A stretch of DNA of 62,827 nucleotides, filler included, from Globobulimina sp. (taxonomy: Eukaryota): the NCBI GenBank assembly GCA_003354225.1. It is 49 parts of 49 records of this genome, joined end to end, with 100 filler letters (N's around TTAATTAATTAA, not from the genome) between each part and the next. Parts side by side here need not be neighbours in the genome. Positions count along the whole stretch, not along the records: positions 35,973 to 37,156 come from PIVH01021453.1; positions 37,257 to 38,440 come from PIVH01021454.1; positions 38,541 to 39,724 come from PIVH01021455.1; positions 39,825 to 41,008 come from PIVH01021456.1; positions 41,109 to 42,292 come from PIVH01021457.1; positions 42,393 to 43,576 come from PIVH01021458.1; positions 43,677 to 44,860 come from PIVH01021459.1; positions 44,961 to 46,144 come from PIVH01021460.1; 41 more parts are not named here. One strand, written 5' to 3'. Position numbers and translations under genes: made by a program. This document shows, one piece after another, positions 35,973 through 47,109 of this stretch (position 1 is its first letter; the number at the start of each line of letters is the position of its first letter). The notes beneath the pieces were generated by a model. It ran no database searches and was not told the DNA's origin. It saw only the letters and a list, made by a program, of their open reading frames with translations.

Positions 35973-36929
35973 ATATTATATGAACAGTTAGCTCGGGCTG
36001 GGAGTGGTGGTTTATTTTCTTCTTTGTTTATCCAAACCATTGCCATTCCACCGGTTATCCATTTTGGCACTGAAGCTCAAAAAAAGTTATTTATTCCTGT
36101 AATACGCGGCGAGCAAATTGCGTGTTTAGCCATTTCTGAGCCTGGCTATGGCAGCGATGTGGCCAATATCAAAACAACCGCAGTGCGCGATGCGAGTGGG
36201 GATTATTTTGTTGTCAATGGAATGAAGAAATGGATCAGCAATGGTATGGATGCTGATTACTTTGTAACTGCAGTGCGTACCGGTGCTGCTGGCACAGGCT
36301 CGAAAGGAATATCTTTGTTAATCATTTCGCGGAAAGGAAATGAAAAGAATATAATCACATCGCGCATATTGACGCAAGGACATCATACATCGCATACGAC
36401 GATGATAATATTTCGCGATGTCCGCGTGCCGGTGTCGTATTTAATTGGTGCGGAGGATAAAGGTTTTGCACTGATAATGTACAATTTTAATCAGGAGAGA
36501 TTTGGCATTGCCTGTCAAGCCACACAGTTATCGCGGATTGCATTGCAAGAATCGGTATCGTACGCCAAGAAGCGTAGGACTTTTGGAAAGCCGTTGATTA
36601 AACATCAAGTGATCAGGCATAAATTGGCAGAGATGGGCAGACAGATTATGTCCACTTATTGTTTTATGGAGAGATTAGCATTTTCATTGCAAACGGATCC
36701 ATTGGGTCGGACGGATAAGTCCATACCGGCCAATATTGCCTTGTTTAAAGTACAGGCCACCAAAATGTTGGAGTTTGTCGCCAGAGAAGCTTCACAAATT
36801 CATGGTGGGGCTTCCTATGTGGAAGGCAAAATTATTGAGAGAATTTATAGAGATGTCAGGGCATTTGCTATTTATGGAGGATCTGAAGAGATTATGTTAG
36901 ATGTTTCCTTAAGATTATCTAAATTATAA
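35973..36929 (+). CDS. Acyl-CoA dehydrogenase with PTS1 (5' partial)
   Basis: ACLAISEPGYGSDVA, VNGMKKWISNG, FNQERF, RRTFGKPLIKHQVIRHKLA, QIHGG, IYGGSEEIM; ends in SKL*. Confidence 0.96.
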   Translation: MLYEQLARAGSGGLFSSLFIQTIAIPPVIHFGTEAQKKLFIPVIRGEQIACLAISEPGYGSDVANIKTTAVRDASGDYFVVNGMKKWISNGMDADYFVTAVRTGAAGTGSKGISLLIISRKGNEKNIITSRILTQGHHTSHTTMIIFRDVRVPVSYLIGAEDKGFALIMYNFNQERFGIACQATQLSRIALQESVSYAKKRRTFGKPLIKHQVIRHKLAEMGRQIMSTYCFMERLAFSLQTDPLGRTDKSIPANIALFKVQATKMLEFVAREASQIHGGASYVEGKIIERIYRDVRAFAIYGGSEEIMLDVSLRLSKL

Positions 36930-37551
36930 CATACAGTATATTTATTTAATTTGATTGATTTGTTCTATAAATCTATAATCCAACAATTTTAATTTTACTT
37001 CTTTCTTATACATTTATTATTCCAAGTTTCCAACCCTAAAAAGTCAATTACATAATTTACATTCATTAATTTGTTTTCGCCACCTCCATTTGACAGTATT
37101 CAATACTATTCATGCATGTGTTTGTTCCCATAATTCCATGGCGGTATTAAACCATTNNNNNNNNNNNNNNNNNNNNNNNNNNNNNNNNNNNNNNNNNNNN
37201 TTAATTAATTAANNNNNNNNNNNNNNNNNNNNNNNNNNNNNNNNNNNNNNNNNNNNTTCTGTGAATTCGAAGCCATGATCATTCAAAAGTAACTTAGCTA
37301 ATTTTCATTGTGGTGATCGGATTTCAGCTTTTGGAGTTGATCGCTCACCACAATAAATTAGCTCGATAGTTGTGTATGTACTAGTGGTTATCGATAAAAC
37401 TGGGAGTTTCGATAAACGCAAATTCCAAAAACAACATAAACTTTGAGCGATGCAACAAAAAGATTTGATAAAAGTGCAACAATTATACATTTGAATCAAT
37501 GGCATCAAGTTCATGGGATAACAACTAAAAATCTAAAATGTTGAGGCTTAA

Positions 37552-38366
37552 TTATTTGATTTGTGCCTGTTTTTGTTTATATTGACGAAAGAGCTGATAT
37601 ATCTCAAACGATATGTTTTTAAAAGCTTGAAATGGATCAATATTAAGAATTTCATTCAGCTGCAGATCCTCTTCTTCTTCGTCATTTGCTTGAATATAAC
37701 TAAGATAGATATTGTCCCATTTCATTCGCAAAGGTTTAAATTGTTGCAAAACATATTCACTCAAAGCCATACATTCTTGGATATATTTTTCATTTAATAT
37801 ATTTTGATGATTTTCGGATACATTATCTATTTTTTTTATTTTTTTATCAATACAATGATGCAAATAATATCTCCACACTCTTTCACCAATATTGTGACAA
37901 ATTCGCCATAAAAAATATTGATTGTTTCCATACGAATTATTACAAAATGTTTGTAATTGGACAATTATTTTCCATTTGGTTGGTTCAATTTGTTGGCAAT
38001 TAATTATAACAATATCGCCACTTAATATGTATCCTTTAATTATTATTTTATTTTTTGATTGGAACTCAATACATTTTAAATCAAAAATATTATCACCAAA
38101 TATATTTATATGCAAATCATTCCATTTGGATTCCACACAATCATTTTTCATTGGCATTGGAATAAATATTTCATGTTTTAATATTAGTTCTTCATTGCTT
38201 TTATTTCTTCTTCTTCTTCATCTTTATCTTCTTTTTCTTCTTCGTTATCACTTTCAAATACTTTATATCTTGAAACAAAATCATTATTTTCATTTTCAGA
38301 TTGATTCTCAAATAAAACATCATCAAAATCATCAAACTCATTTATTTCATAATAATCCATTTCCAT
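37552..38366 (-). pseudogene. Hypothetical acidic protein split by a 1-nt frameshift near 38200
   Basis: Adding one A in GAAATAAAAGC joins ORFs 38184-38366 and 37552-38157 (EEEENKSNEELILKHEIFIPMPM). Confidence 0.5.
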
Positions 38367-38654
38367 TGAATCATTTTTTAATTCTTGATTCGATCCGGAT
38401 TCACATTCAACTTTGTTTTGAATATTTTTCTTAATTTTCTNNNNNNNNNNNNNNNNNNNNNNNNNNNNNNNNNNNNNNNNNNNNTTAATTAATTAANNNN
38501 NNNNNNNNNNNNNNNNNNNNNNNNNNNNNNNNNNNNNNNNATTCGCTGAGTGCCATGACGAAAGCAAAATGTTATGTTTCTAAATGACAAAAGTTTTTTT
38601 TTCTTCAATTATCAAAGCGTTCATTGAAGAAATGAACTAAAAGCAAAAACCCTA

Positions 38655-39515
38655 ATGACAATTCAATTACAAGACGTAAAAGTTTTAGACAACCCAGCAA
38701 CATTCACCACCAACTTTAAATTTCAAATTACTTTTGATTGTGTGGCCCCTGGAGTTAAAGAAGAATTGGAATGGAAATTAGTGTACGTCGGTTCTGCTGA
38801 TAATGAGGAGAATGATCAAGAATTAGATTCCATATTAGTTGGTCCCGTCCGAGTTGGTAAAAATAGATTTACTTTTGAGGTATCTCACACACTCACTCTC
38901 CGTATCCGAATACAATACGCTACACACAATACAATACAATAAATAAACAAGGCGCCATCCCCCGATCCCTCGCTAATTCCTTGTACAGATTTGTTGGACG
39001 TAACGGTGATATTATTAACCTGTTCCTATAAAGACCAAGAATTCATTCGTATTGGCTATTATGTGCATAATGAATATGAGGATAAAATTGATGAAAACGA
39101 TGAGAATGTTAAAATTTCGCTGTATAAAATTAAAAGGAATATTTTGTCGGATAAGCCACGTGTTACACGGTTTAATATTAAATGGGATAATGCACAGAAT
39201 GAGAATGAGAATGAAGGCAATAAATCAGTGCCGGCGGAAGAGACAAAAGAAAAATCAAATAATGCAACGGATGAATATGAACCAGAGGAAGAAGAGGAAG
39301 AGGAAGCGGAAGCGGTTGATGATGATGAAGATGATGATGATGATGATGAGGAAGAAGAGGAGGAACGAGATGAAGATTTCGAAGAGGATTTAGATGATAC
39401 GGAACAGTTTGACAATGAAAATATAAACATAAATAATAATAATAATAAAATAGAAGACAATAAGAATAATAATGATGGAGGTAACGAAGATGACGATATT
39501 GATATGACGGAATAA
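38655..39515 (+). CDS. ASF1: Histone chaperone ASF1; intron 38880-38951
   Basis: VLDNPATF..FQITFDC, ELEWKLVYVGSA, DQELDSILVGPV, FTFE/APSPD (spliced), VTVILLTCSY, EFIRIGYYV, PRVTRFNIKWD, acidic tail. Confidence 0.97.
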
Positions 39516-40263
39516 TTATTTTTGAGCAAAAAAAAAAAACATTGTTTGATTAAATTAACAAATTTGTCCCGCAGTACAGAGAAAATGACAACATATTACA
39601 CCAGTATTTATTTGGGGTATTTCCTTATTTTTAACCTTATAATTAAATATTCATTCATTTCATTGGAAAAGTTGTTTTAAATGATATCCTTGCACTTCGT
39701 TTGCAGCCTTGTCTACTCTCTGGCNNNNNNNNNNNNNNNNNNNNNNNNNNNNNNNNNNNNNNNNNNNNTTAATTAATTAANNNNNNNNNNNNNNNNNNNN
39801 NNNNNNNNNNNNNNNNNNNNNNNNTTTATTTGCTCATTTTCTTGTTTCATAGCTATAAAATAATTGAGATGATGCTCAAATTGATGCGGATTATTACTTG
39901 AAACGTTTTTGGCATTTTGTACATGACCGAATGGATTAATATTGTCAGAATTTGGTTTTGATGGAACACAAATCAATGGAATTGGATTGAAAGAATTATG
40001 TTCATTATGTTTTTGTTTTTTAGGGCGAGTATCACCTTTCATGTGCTGCATTTTTCTTTTTCTGGATCTGGATATCTTTAGGTGGGGAATATGAAAGTTA
40101 TTTGGTAGAAATAGTGTTATTGTGTTATACCTGCGAACCAAACGTCGACATGATGAAAACCAAAGTTTTTGAGTTAATGTTAAGAAACAAACCACACTGT
40201 TTTTATTACATGAAATTCTGGGAAATTCCGTTTTTTTGATTATATAATTATGGCACCGCTGCG

Positions 40264-40932
40264 TTATTTAAAGTAGAACATATCATGTATTTTGCTTTCA
40301 ATTTCTTTGATTTGTTGCTGTGTTTGTTGCAGTTGTTTTTTTGTTTTAGAAAAAGCAATAAATCCCATCAATCCGCTCAATCCCACAGCAACAATGGATA
40401 TCATTTTGAATTTCTTATATTTATTCTCTAAATCGATTAAGTCCTTCAATAAATGTGCCATATTCCTCTTAGTTTCTGCAATTTCAATTTCCTCATCTTG
40501 TTCAACCATATTCTCCTTTGCATTAATTGTATTTAATTCATTTTGTATGTTTTCTAATTGTTGTTGAATTTCGTTATTTGTCTCTTTTAATTGCTGTTCC
40601 ATTGTTTTGTAATCATTTAACGAATTATTTAATGTATTGCTCTCTGTTTGTAATGCATTTATTTCATTCCTTTGATGTTGTATTTGTTCCTCTAAATCAG
40701 TGATATGTTCCTTTGATTGTTCATTCTTTTTTGTTTTTTGTTGTAACTGTTCATGTAAATTAGCTATATTTTGATCCATTGCATCTATGTTTGTATTGTT
40801 TAAATTTTCAACGGTTTCACAAAATTCTTTAAATCCATCATTGAGTTTATCAATTTTTTGAGCATATATAGCGATATTATCTATATTTGCAAATTCAATG
40901 TCTGTGTTCATTGCTTTTTTAATGCTCAACAA
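40264..40932 (-). CDS. Coiled-coil protein with C-terminal TM (5' partial)
   Basis: Heptad-rich E/Q/N region, then MISIVAVGLSGLMGFIAF. Confidence 0.65.
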   Translation of the reverse strand: MLSIKKAMNTDIEFANIDNIAIYAQKIDKLNDGFKEFCETVENLNNTNIDAMDQNIANLHEQLQQKTKKNEQSKEHITDLEEQIQHQRNEINALQTESNTLNNSLNDYKTMEQQLKETNNEIQQQLENIQNELNTINAKENMVEQDEEIEIAETKRNMAHLLKDLIDLENKYKKFKMISIVAVGLSGLMGFIAFSKTKKQLQQTQQQIKEIESKIHDMFYFK

Positions 40933-41108
40933 TTTGGGTTCCCATTTTTGTTTATAAATGGTGCAGATGTTTGCTTTTTTGGTTGAAGAACAGAAATGAT
41001 ACGTATTTNNNNNNNNNNNNNNNNNNNNNNNNNNNNNNNNNNNNNNNNNNNNTTAATTAATTAANNNNNNNNNNNNNNNNNNNNNNNNNNNNNNNNNNNN
41101 NNNNNNNN

Positions 41109-42241
41109 TTGGATAATATATCATTACAAAAACCACGCTTCAACATTGCAGAAAATGCGTTAAAAAATATTGTCATAAGTTGCAACAAAGCAGATCGAAT
41201 TCAACATACTTATGGACGATCATCAAAAGATTATATTCGAATGATAATGGAAGATTATGCAATCGCACCGGATTATGTCACATATCCCCAAACAAACCAA
41301 GACATTGAAGCAATAATAAAATATTGCTCAAATAATAGCATTGCCTGTGTAACATATGGCGGTGGTACATCCGTCGTAGGTGGCACTGAAACCAATTTAT
41401 ATTTCGCATATAACGGTGTGATTTCTATTGATTTAAGCAATATGAATAAAGTAATTACATTTAATGAAATGGATCAAAGCATCACGGTTCAACCTGGTTT
41501 GACTTGTATGAATTTGGAAAATTATTTGAAACTAAATCATCCCCAATTTACATTGAGACATTTCCCGCAATCATTTGAATTTGCCAGTATTGGCGGCGTG
41601 ATTGTTACACGGAGTGGTGGACATTTTGCAGTCGGTAAAACCAGAATTGATCATTTTTTGCAATCTGCGAAATTAATTACGCCCACAAAGGGTATTATAT
41701 GTACACCAGAGATACCGTCGAGTGGCAGTGGTTTGGAGGTGAATGGGTGTATTATTAAAGGGAATGAAGGTATATTCGGTGTTGTTACTGATATTACATT
41801 GAAATTATTAAGGTATGGTGTGTGTGCTCTTAATATCAACTTAATTGTCAATATAAAACATCCAATAATAACTGTTTTCTATTTTATAATGACAGAAAAC
41901 CGAAATTTAAACGAAATTTGAAGCTCGAATTCAGTGCAATGTCATTTATCAAAGCAGCACAATACATTCGTGAATTTGTCCAATGTGGTTTAGAGCCATC
42001 AAATTGCCGATTAATTGATGGCATGGAATCATTTGTAAATGGATTATCTCCCAATCCAGGCACACATGTTTGTATTGTTGGCTTTGAATCTCATTTAAAT
42101 AAAGATTTTCAAAATGAAGTTGATGCGGTTTCACAGATTGTAAACAGATTAAATAATAAATATAACACAAAAGCTGTGCTTGAATCAGACTCAAACACAA
42201 AGACCAAAAATGATAGAAACGATTTAATATCAACTCACTGA
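41109..42241 (+). CDS. FAD-linked oxidase, alkyl-dihydroxyacetonephosphate synthase-like (partial); intron 41813-41895
   Basis: PDYVTYP, YGGGTSVVGG, LRHFPQSFEFASIGG..TRSGGH, GNEGIFGVVT, spliced to KPKF...GLEPSNCRLID. Confidence 0.88.
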
Positions 42242-42392
42242 AAACAGTTTTATATTGACAATTAAGTTGATATTAAGAGCACACACACCATANNNNNNNN
42301 NNNNNNNNNNNNNNNNNNNNNNNNNNNNNNNNNNNNTTAATTAATTAANNNNNNNNNNNNNNNNNNNNNNNNNNNNNNNNNNNNNNNNNNNN

Positions 42393-43527
42393 TACTTTTA
42401 TTTTTATTTTGAGCTGAAATAAGTGCACCACGCTTTGCTAAAATATCTGCAACACGAATACCATGATTTGTGTCTCTTGTACATTTTTGAAATTTGACAC
42501 ATAAATTGTACTTTGTATACAAAGTAGTAATACAGGAATGGATTTGTTTGATGTATGTAATGATAATGTAATCATATGTTATCTGCAAATGATTTATCCA
42601 CAATAAAGCATTGATATTGTCTGAGATAATGTGAATATACTCAAACGATGATAGGAAACGAGGCGGCATTTTAAGTATTTGTTGGAAAATCGTGAGAATA
42701 CCAATGAGTTCCACCACATTAATATCCGAAGCACGGCCAATTGGTAAGAAATCTTGTTGTAATGATGAGATTTCATATTGCAACGGTTGATCAATGTGAT
42801 TATTTAAATCAATATCAGAATAAATCGCATATTGTACAGGATATGCATAATGATCAGGTATTGGATGTGAATAAATGTGATGCATTTCTATTAATATCCC
42901 AATGCCTGCAAATTTATCAATAATCGATCCATCACTAAAAGCAAACAAAGTGTTATGACTATTATTTATTTTATCCGTTTCCCGATATTTAGTATATACA
43001 AACTGTATATTATCAGATTTGACAATGAAAGATGGGATAAATTTGATCTTTCGTCCATTGTCATTCATATTAGATCTCCAATTATAATTTATCAATGGTA
43101 AAATATTATATTTTATCGCAAGCAAAAAGATCTGGAAAAAGGGATTCTTTTTGTCATAGGTTTTCATATAACGCAATTTATTACGTTGCGTACGCATATT
43201 TACCTGTGATAATAAGTAATCATTCCAGATCGGCATCCATTTATTGACAATAAGATCATATAACACATTTCTATCATGCAAATAAAGCAAACTAACCCAA
43301 TTACGAAGCAATTTAATATGCAAAAATGTGTCAAAGTGTACAAACGGCGTCAAAATGATCAATATATCAAAGGGAATGGTATTCAGTGTGTCGTACAACA
43401 ATTTTATTGAACGATAATAGATTTGCTTCAACGATTTGATATCATTTTGATTATTAACACACGTAAATAATATGATGGGATATTCTATTTTTGAGAACAT
43501 TATAGACGCAAAATAATGAAATAACAT
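42393..43527 (-). mobile_element. Retroelement-type ORF with C-terminal RNase H (partial)
   Basis: FAFSDGS...AGIG...DINVVELIGI...IISDN...HGIRVADILAKRG; intron-free. Confidence 0.78.
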
Positions 43528-43677
43528 TTTCGTTTGGAAACCACGCGTATACTTTCGGACAGATTTAATTTGTTTANNNNNNNNNNNNNNNNNNNNNNNN
43601 NNNNNNNNNNNNNNNNNNNNTTAATTAATTAANNNNNNNNNNNNNNNNNNNNNNNNNNNNNNNNNNNNNNNNNNNNA

Positions 43678-44457
43678 AAAGAATTAGAATTTTCAGAGCA
43701 AATCGCACATAATTCACCAAAAAATTATCAATTATGGTGGCATCGACGAATTATTATTGAAGCCATAAATAAAACAGATGATGGACATAAAAAATATGAT
43801 TTGCGGTTAGAAAAAGCGTTAATTCGAGACATATTAAAAACAGATGCAAAAAATTACCATGCCTGGTCTCATTATCATTGGTTATTACGAAGCTACAAAT
43901 TATATGATGATGAATTAGCATATTTAAATAAGAAATTATTATTTTCCGATGTCCGTAATAATTCTGCATGGAATCATCGACATTTTGTTATTAAAGAAAC
44001 AAACGGATTCAATGATATTACTGTGTTACAATCAGAGATTGCATTTTGTCGTAAAAAAATTGAGCGCTTAGCCACAAATCATAGTGTTTGGTATTATTAT
44101 ACACAAATTGTTATGCAATATTTAAAGAAAATATGTGAATCGTGGATGAAGGAAAGGGAGGAACAAATGAAATGGATTCGGAAAGTATTGGATACTCAGC
44201 CCTATGCACCACGAGCCATTCTATTTTATATTGATTTATTAACGGATAAAACATCTGTAAATATTAATGGAAAGGATTTGATCGAAGCTAAGACATTATT
44301 GCAATTATTAGCGACTAAAGTGGATAGAATACGGCATAATTATTATTATTATTTAATGAAAGGAATTGAGCAGCAAATACAACAAATGCAGACCGATAAT
44401 GTGGATGATATGGGACTCAAAAAAAACATCAAAAGTTCTACAAATAAACCAAATTAG
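43678..44457 (+). CDS. FNTA: Protein farnesyltransferase/GGTase-I alpha subunit (5' partial)
   Basis: PPTA repeats PKNYQLWWHRR, AKNYHAWSH, DVRNNSAWNHR, NHSVWYY; VDRIRHNYY near the end. Confidence 0.92.
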   Translation, partial: KELEFSEQIAHNSPKNYQLWWHRRIIIEAINKTDDGHKKYDLRLEKALIRDILKTDAKNYHAWSHYHWLLRSYKLYDDELAYLNKKLLFSDVRNNSAWNHRHFVIKETNGFNDITVLQSEIAFCRKKIERLATNHSVWYYYTQIVMQYLKKICESWMKEREEQMKWIRKVLDTQPYAPRAILFYIDLLTDKTSVNINGKDLIEAKTLLQLLATKVDRIRHNYYYYLMKGIEQQIQQMQTDNVDDMGLKKNIKSSTNKPN

Positions 44458-44981
44458 TTTAGCACTACTTTTCGTCAGTTTTCCTAGTCACTAAAGTCGA
44501 AAGGATGATGATTAAGACTTTGCCACTTTAGATTTAGACTTTTAAATGAGAGTTTTCATATATTCGGGCCCGAGAGGAAAGCTAAATAAATTCAAATTAA
44601 TTCAAATAATGATTATCCACAATGAAAGTCTGGAAAAAAAATAAAATACTGGGAAAAAAATAAAAAAAAATAGATAATATGATAAAAATAAATATATAAA
44701 TGATAGAAACAATATTTAATGCAATGATTTTTTATAAATGTTTTGCTTGTGTCTATATTTCGAATAATTTTGTTTTAATGATTTGTCAACAGACTGCCGA
44801 TGCTGTGCCCATCTCATATCAAAGGTTACTTTTAAAATATGTTCATTATGCTGCAAACCCNNNNNNNNNNNNNNNNNNNNNNNNNNNNNNNNNNNNNNNN
44901 NNNNTTAATTAATTAANNNNNNNNNNNNNNNNNNNNNNNNNNNNNNNNNNNNNNNNNNNNACAATGTCACATAAATCAATA

Positions 44982-45777
44982 TCATTTATCATCATCTTTT
45001 TTCTCCTTTTCACTTTCTTTATCTTTCTCCTGTTCGTCATTTCCATCATCCACAGCAGCCAACAAATCTTCCATATTGCCAATTTCCTCGAGATCATTCT
45101 GGTCCATTCCCGGCAAATCAGTCAACAGTTCATCCACAAAATTATCATCGCCAACACCATTATCCATATCAATATCCTCATCATCCTCATTCTCCTCCAT
45201 ACTCATTTGCAATGCCTTCAGCAACTCCTCATCCTCCTCATCAATGCCCAACTCCTCCGCCATATTCCCCACATCCACTGCCACATTCACTTCCTCCTTA
45301 CTCTCATTCCCTTGCGGCGCTGCTTGCGGTGCTTCCGCTCCTTGGACCACACCGCCATCATCTTGTGCTTTTTTCGCCTCTGCCTCCTGTCTCTGCCTCT
45401 CTTCCTCCATACTCATTCTTAGCGCCATTGCCAACTCTAAACAGCCAGCATTTGGAAATAAAATGACACACAAAATACATAGATAAATTACCTGGATCAG
45501 TGTTTGGATCGACGCCGGCAAACCCAACGGCACTTTGATCCGCTTGGGATGCCCGAATGGCAGCATTTAAATCCGCATCATTGCCGCCTAAATTGCCATA
45601 CTCATTGATTTGCTGTCCGCTCTGTGAAAATATTGGCGTGGACACCAACACATCGCTTAATAGCTTGCCCGAGGGCACTGTCACTAAATTGCTGTTATCA
45701 TTTGCAGCGACTGCATTGATAAACCGCTCTAATAAATCGGTGTTCGTATCCGTCTCACCAAAGTTTACTACATCCAC
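44982..45777 (-). CDS. PSMD4: 26S proteasome ubiquitin receptor Rpn10 (5' partial); intron 45437-45491
   Basis: VDVVNFGE...NLVTVPSG.LLSDVLVSTPI, GVDPNTDP/ELAMALRMSMEEER (spliced), further UIM EELLKALQMSM. Confidence 0.95.
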
Positions 45778-45788
45778 CTGACATATAA

Positions 45789-46144
45789 TACGTTTATATC
45801 CTTGCACTTAGGGCTTATGATTATGTATTGGGACTTACGATTGGGCATGAGAAGCAAACAACACTGGATTTAGATGACCTCTGGGTTGGTGATGCAAAAG
45901 TGTTCCTGACGGTACCTGGGAAAAGACAAGATATTGCCAATGCCTTGTTAGACCTGGTCCAAAATTCTAAAAGTACGATTTTCTTCAGAAATTGGTATTT
46001 TCTCCCCAATAAAGATTTTCTCAGTGCCATGTTGGATCGGTTAAATGCTGGATTCGGGATGAACGTATTATTTTCCCATCGCTCCAGGGTGCCGATCATC
46101 GACGTTGCTAACCATACAGCCAGCAAAGTTTTGGTAAAGGCCGG
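45789..46144 (+). CDS. Phospholipase D/cardiolipin-synthase-like fragment, probably bacterial
   Basis: LLDLVQNSKSTIFFRNWYFLPNKDFLSAM...AGFGMNVLF...VPIIDVAN fits the start of the second PLD domain. The HKD motif lies beyond the contig. Confidence 0.6.
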
Positions 46145-46244
46145 NNNNNNNNNNNNNNNNNNNNNNNNNNNNNNNNNNNNNNNNNNNNTTAATTAATTAA
46201 NNNNNNNNNNNNNNNNNNNNNNNNNNNNNNNNNNNNNNNNNNNN

Positions 46245-46667
46245 AAGCCTACAATCAATAACATCAAATGCTATGTTGGAGAGAATTCACAGACGACCAT
46301 CAAAGATTGTCAAGACACTTGTCACAACATCACCATAAAACAGAACAAGATAACCAAGATGACATTCCTATGTGGTAGCAAGAGTATATGTATCAAAGTT
46401 GGTGGAAAGGACACATGCACAAGTGGGACAATAGCTAGTTCGACGGTGACAGTTTGCTGCTGCACAAAGAATTTGTGCAATGCCAGAATAAAACAGGACG
46501 ATTGGAGAAGTAAGGAATCTGATGGAGCCATCAAGGACTGGGAAAACAAAGATTGGGGCAATGGAAAGATGAAGTCAAACATACATCCTAAGAATGGAGC
46601 CATTAAGATGAGTGGTAAAATTGTATTGATGTTGATGATGGTAGTGGTCATTGGACAAATGAATTGA
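46245..46667 (+). CDS. Ly6/uPAR (three-finger)-like protein with GPI-type hydrophobic tail (5' partial)
   Basis: IKCYVG...DCQDTC...C...C...C...VCCCTKNLCN and C-terminal IVLMLMMVVVI. Confidence 0.75.
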   Translation, partial: KPTINNIKCYVGENSQTTIKDCQDTCHNITIKQNKITKMTFLCGSKSICIKVGGKDTCTSGTIASSTVTVCCCTKNLCNARIKQDDWRSKESDGAIKDWENKDWGNGKMKSNIHPKNGAIKMSGKIVLMLMMVVVIGQMN

Positions 46668-46994
46668 AACAAGAAATGTGATACTTTGTGATATAGTTTT
46701 TTGTTATTTTATGATACTACTAATTATGTCAACTCCAATATCTCATACAAAATGATAAATTTTTGCTTAATTGATAATCTTGAAACAAGATTTTTAAATC
46801 GTATACAACACGTGAGCCAAGTTTAAGTGGCCCTCAAAATTATTTTTTTGCAGTTACGGTTTCACACCCTCAAAATCGAAAAACAGGTTTTAGAAAACAG
46901 ATCCAAAGTTACTGTCTTCCAGCTTTTTCGTGATATTTGCTGATATATTTTTGTGATCGTTTCCTAAAAACCACCGACCACCTTTTTTTAAACA

Positions 46995-47109
46995 CCGTAT
47001 TTACTCGAATAGAGCCCCAGTCTCGAATAGAGCCCCATCTCGAATAGACCCCCACCCTAGAGGCATTTGAAAAAATAGAGCCCCAGGGGCTCTATTCGAG
47101 TAAATATGG
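46995..47109. mobile_element. 115-bp MITE, Tc1/mariner superfamily (Tc2/pogo-like termini)
   Basis: 24-bp TIRs CCGTATTTACTCGAATAGAGCCCC / GGGGCTCTATTCGAGTAAATATGG (1 mismatch); internal CTCGAATAGAGCCCC repeats; TA on the right, CA on the left. Confidence 0.88.

Noticed and set aside
39052..39529. Met/Lys-rich and poly-Ser ORFs
   Set aside because: Alternate-frame and antisense readings of the ASF1 acidic tail. The same applies to 44964-45486 over Rpn10 and 37922-38434.
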